This document shows, in pieces, positions 56,380-64,000 of a DNA stretch of 64,000 nucleotides. Position 1 is the first letter of the stretch, and each line of letters opens with the position of its first letter. The notes under the pieces are model-generated. The model worked only from the letters and a program-made list of their open reading frames with translations. It ran no database searches and was not told the origin of the DNA. The position numbers were made by a program, and so were the translations under genes. The DNA is taken from assembly GCF_009914755.1 (NCBI RefSeq), contig NC_060945.1; one strand, given 5' to 3'. This stretch comes from the human T2T-CHM13v2.0 reference genome, Homo sapiens.

Positions 56380-57035
56380 CCCCGGTGTCTACAGGGGCAT
56401 AGTATAAAGGATTGATGGGCCAGTCCCTGATGCTGTCATCAACCTGAGGCCATAACTAATATCCACCATCAATCTTCTTCATCATCTATTTTCAGTTTGC
56501 CTTGACCAGTATTTTGGCAGCTCGAGGCTTTTCTGGTTGGATAACCCAGACCTTCATCCTTGAGAAACCTTAGTTTTTATTTGTCTCATCTTGGTTGGGC
56601 CAAGGTTGCTCAATTTCTCATTTATAGTTGTCAATGAACATGGAGGCATCCAAAGATAACCCAGTGAATTTCCAAATTCCAGAGCTACTCCTACCAGATA
56701 CCATGATGCAACATCAGTCCTCATGCAATAATCAGACTCAATTATCCTACCAATATAGAACACCCCCTTTTTGCCTACTGATCCTCTGATTTGGGGATTC
56801 AAGAGTGACCAGGGGTAGAGTAGCTTCATTCACTGGAACTCTTACTGTGTCCTCCCATAGGTGTGTTATACCCGTGAGAAACCAGACATTTTATTCTGGA
56901 AGATCCTAAGGCTGTGAAGATGAATATTCTCCCAAAGTGTATCACTGGAAGTGATAGTGAAAAAGGCCAATCCCACTTCCATCCCTTGGTTCCCAGACCC
57001 CAGTTTTCTAGCCATGAGCAAAACAAAAGCAGCAT
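56380..57035 (-). mobile_element. ERVL/MaLR internal-region fragment
   Basis: catggaggcatccaaag..taatcagactcaatta..ccccctttttgcctactg..gtgtatcactggaagtgat. Confidence 0.5.
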
Positions 57036-57087
57036 ATATTGGCCATTTTTCTCTGAAATCAGAACCTAAGACAAAAGCTCATATTCC

Positions 57088-57500
57088 ATGCCCAAAATGT
57101 TTTCATCAACACAAACTGAAACTGTACCCGTTAAACCATAACTCTCATTACCCCTCTCCGAAGCCCTTCGTAGACTATTCTACTTCCTAGCTCTGTGAAT
57201 TTGACTTCTAGGTGCTTCATAGAAGTATAATCACACATTTTTTTCTGACTTCTATTCAACATAATATTAGAAGTTCTAAAAAAGGAAATAAAATTGGAAA
57301 TGAAGAATTAAATTTATCTCTGTTCACAGATGATAGGATTATATATTTAGAAAACCCTGAAAAATCCACACAAAAAACTGTTGAGTAGTGATAATTACAT
57401 AATAATGTGAGTGTACTTAATGCCACTGAATTGTACACTTAAAAATGGTTAGAATAGTAGATTTTACATGATGTCTATTTTACCACTACTTAAAAAGAAA
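57088..57500. mobile_element. rearranged L1MB-like element (inverted 3' UTR piece, sense RT piece, sense 3' end)
   Basis: aaactgaaactgtacccgttaaac (minus), ttatctctgttcacagatgataggatt..gaaaaccct (plus), gtacttaatgccactgaattgtacacttaaaaatggtt (plus). Confidence 0.7.
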
Positions 57501-57885
57501 ACCAAACTGGTTTTGGTTTTTCTTAAGAATTGAGAAAAATGCCAGCCCAGTAGTCATTAGCCAGCGTCAGAGGTTGTATGTAAAGAGCACACGTGGCCTA
57601 GCAGCTCTGTTTGAGGATGTAACACCTGATAAACTAATGGCTACGTGAGTGCAGGCAAGGGACGGAACGTTTTAACTCCAAGAGTCAGGAAATCCATCAT
57701 GAAGGTATCATATGCTTGAGACCTTGAGGACAGAAGGGATTTCCACAGTGGAAGGAGATTACTCCAGGCTTTCCAACTGCAGATGCAAAGACATTGTCTC
57801 TTCCACCTTGAGAATACTGAAATCTTCTTTATTTGATTATCTTTTGGACCTACTCTGAATAGCTGCTAAGGTAATTTTCATTCTT

Positions 57886-58173
57886 TTTTTTTTTTTTTTT
57901 TTTTTTGAGACAGAGTCTCGCTCTGTCGCCCAGGCTGGAGTGCAGTCACTGCAACATAAGCCTCCCGGATTCACACCATTCTCCTGCCTCAGTCTCCTGA
58001 GTAGCTGGGACTACAGGCACCCGCCACCATGCCCGGCTGATTCTTTGTATTTTTTAGTAGAGACGGGGTTTCACCGTGTTAGCCAGGATGGTCTCGATCT
58101 TCTGACCTCGTGATCCCCCCGCCTTGGCCTCCCAAAGGGCTGGGATTACAGGCGTGAGCCATCGCGCCCGGCT
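57886..58173 (-). mobile_element. AluY with a ~15-bp internal deletion; TSD GGTAATTTTCATTCTT (57870-57885 / 58174-58189)
   Basis: ccgtgttagccaggatggtctcgatct; perfect 16-bp TSD; long T tract. Confidence 0.97.
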
Positions 58174-59935
58174 GGTAATTTTCATTCTTATAATTGCTGA
58201 CTAGTTGAGAAGAAGAGGTCCCAAACTACAGAGAAGAAAGGAAGAAAGATGTGTCCAGTGAAATCCAGGGTCCCCCCGCTCCCATTCAAGGCCATCTGAA
58301 AGTATCTCCCCCTGCTTTTCAAGTTCATCGAATATGTTTAAGAAACCTGGAATTTCCAAGTCCATCAGCCTATTGAAACAAAACAGCTATAACTATAAAA
58401 TTTAGATCCTTTTAAGATTTTCAATCCTTAGAATTAAAGATATTTATTACAAAATATAGTTGTATTAAATCATATATGTCAAAATATTACAAACGTGTAT
58501 TTCATATTAGATAACTATCAACAACACAAAATTTCCTATCATTTTTCCTAGTGCTCCATTTTTTCAGACCTTTTCTTAATCTATTTTCTTGTCTGAGACC
58601 AAATACAAATGAATCAAAAGCCATTTCAGTGTTACATATTGGGTTTCCACGCATCCCTGTAGCATCTTTATCAGTAGCCTTGCGCAGAGTACACACTTTT
58701 GTACCTCCTTCTTATTAGCAACTTCATTTTTTCATAGTACAGAAAAGAATTCATATAACCCCATCAGGTTCCTTACATGGACCCAAGTTAAAACGCATCA
58801 TCTCAATGTCAGTCTCTTGGCTGTCTGCAGGGTAATATGGTGAATTGCTGCCTGTGCTGTAATTTTGTCAGCTCTTTAGTAAATTACAGTCAAGGATAAA
58901 GAGGACAGAGCTGCCTACTGACAAACAACATTCTTTATTCTCCTTTTTCTACAATGTACTGAATAATACCTTAGAGCGTAAGTCATCATATACCCTATAT
59001 AACAAATGTATAATTACAACACATGAAGCCCAAAAAATGAGCTTCAAAGAATATCACGTTTTTTTTTAAACAGGAAGTGGAAAGATGTTTCAGAAGAGTG
59101 AGCACAGGTTTTAGACTCTGAAATCTTTTAGCAGCATGATGCTTTTGAACATCTGATCTAGGTTTTGATTCTGCTAGCTACATGTATATTTTAGCCTTTG
59201 GTCTTGCATTAAAACACCAGTTGCAAATAATGTTAGAAAAATGGGGAATAGAGGAAGGAATATTTTTATTTACTTTATTTTTAAAATTCTGCATATATAA
59301 AGAACGTTGCTTGTGGCATCCCTGACTCTTTGCAACAACCTTATAAAGTCGTCATTATTAGCCTCATGTTACAGCAGAAGCTGTGAGTTGCTGCCAAAGT
59401 TGCTTACTATCAACCTCTGAAGAGATGAAACAGAGAGTCATACAAGATCTGTTTAAATCCAACAGCCTTTGACACTTTAAACTTCAGAACACATTGGATT
59501 TACACGTGTAAAATTGCCTTAGAGTTTGTAATTTCATGAAAGCAAAAATTCAACTTTTCCTTAAGAACAAATTTAGCATGTATGCCTTGAAACTGGCTTA
59601 TTAAATAATATGAAAATGTTCATTGTGGCTATTTGGCCTCCTAATGCTTAGTTTTATTTAGCAAACATCAAAACAAAATATGTATTAATCCAAAGCAAAT
59701 ATATTTTATTTAATTGGATTATTAATAGTTCACTAACATCATACTGTAGGTATTTTTCTTTTCTATAAATGTTTTATATTCCAGTCTATTCAAAACCTTA
59801 CGAACCAAATCCTTTAAAGGACGTAAGTCACACATATTTTCAAACCAACAAAATAGTAAAATTCAGGGAACATTAGATGGAATAGGGAAGATGAAATAAA
59901 GAAGCAACTAAGAGATTTACAAGAATGGAGTTCTT

Positions 59936-59949
59936 CTGCCACCTTGTGG
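59936..59949 (-). promoter_or_regulatory. candidate CTCF motif
   Basis: minus strand CCACAAGGTGGCAG, 13/14 match to CCASYAGRKGGCRS. Confidence 0.5.
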
Positions 59950-60269
59950 TTGTTCTGTGTTATAACCTAGAGCTACATTAAAATATTCAGGGAATTCTTC
60001 AGCCAGAGTCTCTTTAGCCAGGTGTGGCGCGTGGCTGAGCTCTGGTCAATGGAATGTGGCCTTGGTCTTTATTGACTGTGGTTATCGTGTTTCCATTTTT
60101 TTCTTCCTGAATATCATAGCTAATTTTGGTATTGGCGACGACCGCTTTCTTAAACTTTCTCTTCTGCTGGGTTTAGATTTTTCTCTCCTTGTTTTTCTCC
60201 TATGAAACAAATAAGCATTACTAGATTTCATCAAAGATCATCACTTCATCACATCAAAGATTTCACTTC

Positions 60270-60700
60270 ACTCTAGCCAAACTGGCCTCCCTGATTCTCC
60301 TGCAACACCTCACACATGGTCCCCTTAGGGTCTTCTACAACTTAACATCCCTGGCTGCAACACTTTCCTCTGATACCATATGGGACCTACTCCACCTCTT
60401 TCAAGTCTTTGTTCAAATGTTTGTTTTTCAATGACCACCATATTTAGAAATGCAACTTCTGCTAACAAACTCCTTATTATTTTTATCTTACTTTATTTTT
60501 TACTGCAGTTATTCTAACATACTACATAATTTTAATACTTACTGTGTTTATTGTCTTTTTTACCATAGAATATAAAATCCATGAGGGCAAGGGAGTTTGT
60601 TTACTTCACTGCTGTGTGCTCTGAAACAAACAAACAAAAAAAACTGCCTGGCACATTGTAGGCGCTCAAAAAATATTTGTCCAATTACCGAATGAAAGAA
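60270..60700 (+). mobile_element. L2 3' remnant
   Basis: ctctagccaaactggcctcc...tagaatataaaatccatgagggcaaggg...gcctggcacattgtaggcgctcaaaaaatatttgt. Confidence 0.75.
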
Positions 60701-62118
60701 TTATAACTCCTTCTGTTGGCTAAAGCAACCTACGGGACAGTGTTTAGCCTCACAAGTATTCAGACACACAAATTAACACAAAGTATCATTTTTTTCTACA
60801 ATATTAATTAGTCAATTTATGTGACCTTTAAATATAATTTCTAAAGCAAGCGAGAATTCAGTGGATTACATACCCACATGTTTTTGTTAAATTATTTGTA
60901 GTTATTTTTAAGTCAGTTTGCATAGTCATTAAAATTTTATAACCTTTGACCCAGTAATCCCAATTTAGGACATGTATTGCAATGAAAAAAATCCAAAACA
61001 AAGAAACATGTAGGTTCCATGTGGCCATTTACTGCAGTATTGTTAATAATGATAATAAGCTGAAAGAAACTACATGTTTAATAATAAAAATAATAAATTA
61101 AATTAGGTTAACTCTATGCAGTGAACTATTTTGCAACCATTATAATCATAAGGACTGTCCTAGAACCTGAAAAATCATTTATGGAACATGCTATATTACA
61201 GTGAAATTTTAAACTATGTAATTACACAGTTTTTACATGTATATAGGAAAAGATTACAAGGAATGTGCAAAACTTAGAATTCTTACACATGGGCAATAAA
61301 TTAAATCTTACTGTTGCCTTCATTTCCCAAATGTTCCAATTTATCACCAGAGTTTTTGCAACTCTTTAGTATTTGAAAGGAAAAATAATTGTCTTATTCT
61401 CAAGTGCTTAACCTTCACCTGAAGTGAATTTGTTCTAAGTTCCAAAAAGCGATTATTACTTGCTTTCATTGTATTCATCAAGAACAATTTACATCTCTGT
61501 GGAAATAGCTTTAGTTAGAGTCATTAGTTAGATTTAGTTAAAGTCTTTAGTTAGATTTACTTACATGAAATGAGACATTTATCCAATAAATTCAGGCTGA
61601 ATTTAACATTAATTCAAGAATTAAAGTGCTCTTCGTTTTTAAATGTGTCTGTTCCACCTAACTACCTGCATGGGTTTAGCTTATAATTGGTTCTATGGAT
61701 ATGACTAGGTCCATCATCCTGTCACATTTGAATAAATAGGACTGTCTATAACCGTCTCTGTTTTACACACATCTGTGCCCATCAGTTCATAGCACATTCC
61801 CCAAAAATTAATGGGAAACAGCCAGGAGAACAGGGGGTTAGACAAAGGAACTCAAGGCTTGAAGTGACCTCCTCAAAAACTGGCTTCCCCCGCCCTTGAT
61901 AGCTGAACTGACCTTCAGCCCTAACCAGATCTTGTTTCCTATCATCTTGCTTCATCTCTCCTTCCCTACCAGCTCTCACTCAGGCCAGCCTTTAGCTTAT
62001 GTCTGATGTGGCCTGACTTACTGTTGAGACAGGTTTTTTTCCCAGGTGCCTTGCTTAGCAAAGATTTTGGTTGTGTGGATTTTGCTGTGTTTGGATTTTG
62101 GCTATGCCCTAGTCCTAC

Positions 62119-62454
62119 TGTTGTAGGATTTTCTCCTTAGTTCACCTAAAAGCCAGGTCCTTGTCACACAGCCATGAAATATTAGGCTCACAGACACTTT
62201 AAAGGGTGAGAAAAATGGAATTTATGGGGCAAAAAGGAAAAAATGGGAAACGGACTCAGCAGAGAGAGAGTCCTGCTATACATGCTTCCCTCCTCACAGA
62301 TTGAATCCCGGTTTCCACCCGGGAAGAGGAGGGGTCAGCCTCCTCCCCACTGCAAACGGTGCAAACTTCTGTGGCTCCACCCCAGTGCTCACTCTTCCCA
62401 GTGTGCAGGCTGCCTGAAGCTTCTCTGTGGACCCCTTTCCACTTGGCTGTCTCA
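62119..62454 (-). mobile_element. MER61-family ERV1 solo LTR, 4-bp TSD CTAC
   Basis: tgttgtaggattttctccttagttca...acttggctgtctca; CTAC at 62115-62118 and 62455-62458. Confidence 0.85.
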
Positions 62455-63129
62455 CTACCCTTACTGATCACTATGAGAGGTAGCGCCCTCCCTTGCATTG
62501 TCTCCCGTGTGCGTAACTCTCTGCCACCTGCCACTCCCAAACTGACAGTGTAGGGATTAACTTTTTGGGTCATACTATTAACTCCTCAGTGTGAAATGAA
62601 GTCAGACCAACCATTCATTGATTCTCTTCCTTGTAAAGCTAAAGATTCACACGATAAAAACAAACAAAAACAAAAGACAAAGAACCTAAACTCTCTGTAT
62701 GGGCCCTCTAAAGACCCTCCCTAGTGGGAACATTTCACTCCTCACCCCACTGTCAGGTTTGCCGCATGGCTTACTTTGGATTAAAAAAGGTGAGCAAACT
62801 TTATATTCTACATCCAACAGAAGCTTTCGGAGCCATCACATCACCCTTCCATTGCTTTGTATTCCCTCTGCCAAAGACTAACAATATCCTAAATAAGGGC
62901 TGCTTCTTCCACTGAAGTCCAGAAATGAATCAGAGCAACTGTCCTGCAATGAAATTTAAAAAGAAAACAAAAAACAAAAAAAAACAGAAAACCAAAACCA
63001 AAACCAAACCAAACAAACAAAAAAACTGTGTTATTATAGATTACTAAAATTTTTGGAGTCATATGTTACCACACATAACTCAGCCAACACTGCCTAATAA
63101 ATCATATTTCTCCCTAACAACACTTAAGG

Positions 63130-63290
63130 AGACAGCATGTTATAGTGGGCTCACTGGCTACCTGTGTAACCTTGGACAAGTTACCTAATCTCACTGCACC
63201 ATCTGTAGCATTGAGATAATACCTACTTCGTCAGGCTGTTGTAATACATAAATGAGTATATAATAAATGCTTAATAAATGTTAGCTGCTG
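63130..63290 (+). mobile_element. MIR remnant
   Basis: tgtgtaaccttggacaagttacctaatctc...tgcttaataaatgttagct. Confidence 0.65.
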
Positions 63291-63542
63291 CATATTACAG
63301 TTATTCTTCAACAGCATTGATTTTATCCTAATCCTGTGTATTCAGTATCCAGCAGAGTGTCCAAATCCTATAGTACTCCATCTAGGTAAATTTTCCAAAT
63401 GTCTTTAATTGACTATTTCCTTTTGGTTAGTCTCCTCATATGGCCCCTTTCATCGGCTTCCTTTTGCCATCAGTTTTTTCTCTTTTCCCTTTAAACTAGC
63501 AAAGACTTTATAACATATATTTAAACAGGATCCAAATACCTT

Positions 63543-63913
63543 TGATATGGTTTGGCTGTGTCCCCATCCAAATCTTATCTTGAATTGTAACTTCCATAAT
63601 CCCCACATGCCAAGGGAGGGACCCAGTGGGAGGTAATTTAATCATGGTCGTGGATTTTTCCCGTGCTGTTCTCCTGATAGTGAATACATCTCACGAGATC
63701 CGATGGTTTTATAAAAGGCAGTTCCCCTGCACACGCTCTGTTGCCTGCCACCATGTAAGATGTGCCTTTGCTCCTCCTTCGCTTTCCGCCATGATCGTGA
63801 GGCATTACAGTTCCACAGCCATGTGGAATTGTGAGTCCATTAAACCTCTTTTTTTAAGAAAATTACCCAGTCTCAGGTATTTCTTCATAGCAGTATGAAA
63901 ATGGACTAACACA
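63543..63913 (+). mobile_element. THE1D-like solo LTR, 5-bp TSD ACCTT
   Basis: tgatatggtttggctgtgtcccc...gaaaatggactaacaca; ACCTT at 63538-63542 and 63914-63918. Confidence 0.93.
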
Positions 63914-64000
63914 ACCTTCAGAATATTCAGCTCATCTTCACTTAATTCTCTGAATTTTGTACTTTCATATATTTCAACCTGTTCTTTGCCTTAAACCAAA

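Noticed and set aside
62266-62290. p53 response element in the MER61 LTR
   Set aside because: Only one imperfect half-site (ATACATGCTT); the neighbouring half lacks the CWWG core

Overview
AT-rich, CpG-depleted primate (most likely human) intergenic or deep-intronic DNA. I can support no functional protein-coding exon, rRNA, tRNA or CRISPR array. The one gene-derived feature is a full-length processed pseudogene of RPL13A (35656-36791, +). It keeps the 5' TOP tract and the long 3' UTR, has a perfect 16-bp TSD and carries a single +1 frameshift. The rest is largely transposable-element debris (Alus, L1PA/L1M, MaLR and ERV1 LTRs, MER5/MER44, MIR/L2) plus simple repeats. Most of the supplied ORFs are L1/Alu fragments or microsatellite artefacts. 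The most unusual structures are: (1) a twin-primed L1PA7-like insertion carrying an internal ~180-bp copy of its own 5' junction, so the TSD occurs three times, plus an in-frame deletion of the RT core; (2) a probable L1 3' transduction (34108-35034) with its own AATAAA, poly(A) and distal TSD; (3) two perfect NF-kB sites (GGGACTTTCC) inside a duplicated flank of an ancient L1 fragment next to the pseudogene; (4) several local template-switch duplications; (5) a convergent CTCF motif pair. I see no clear evidence of a new enzymatic system. Repeat subfamily names come from remembered consensus sequences and the boundaries of old repeats are approximate.
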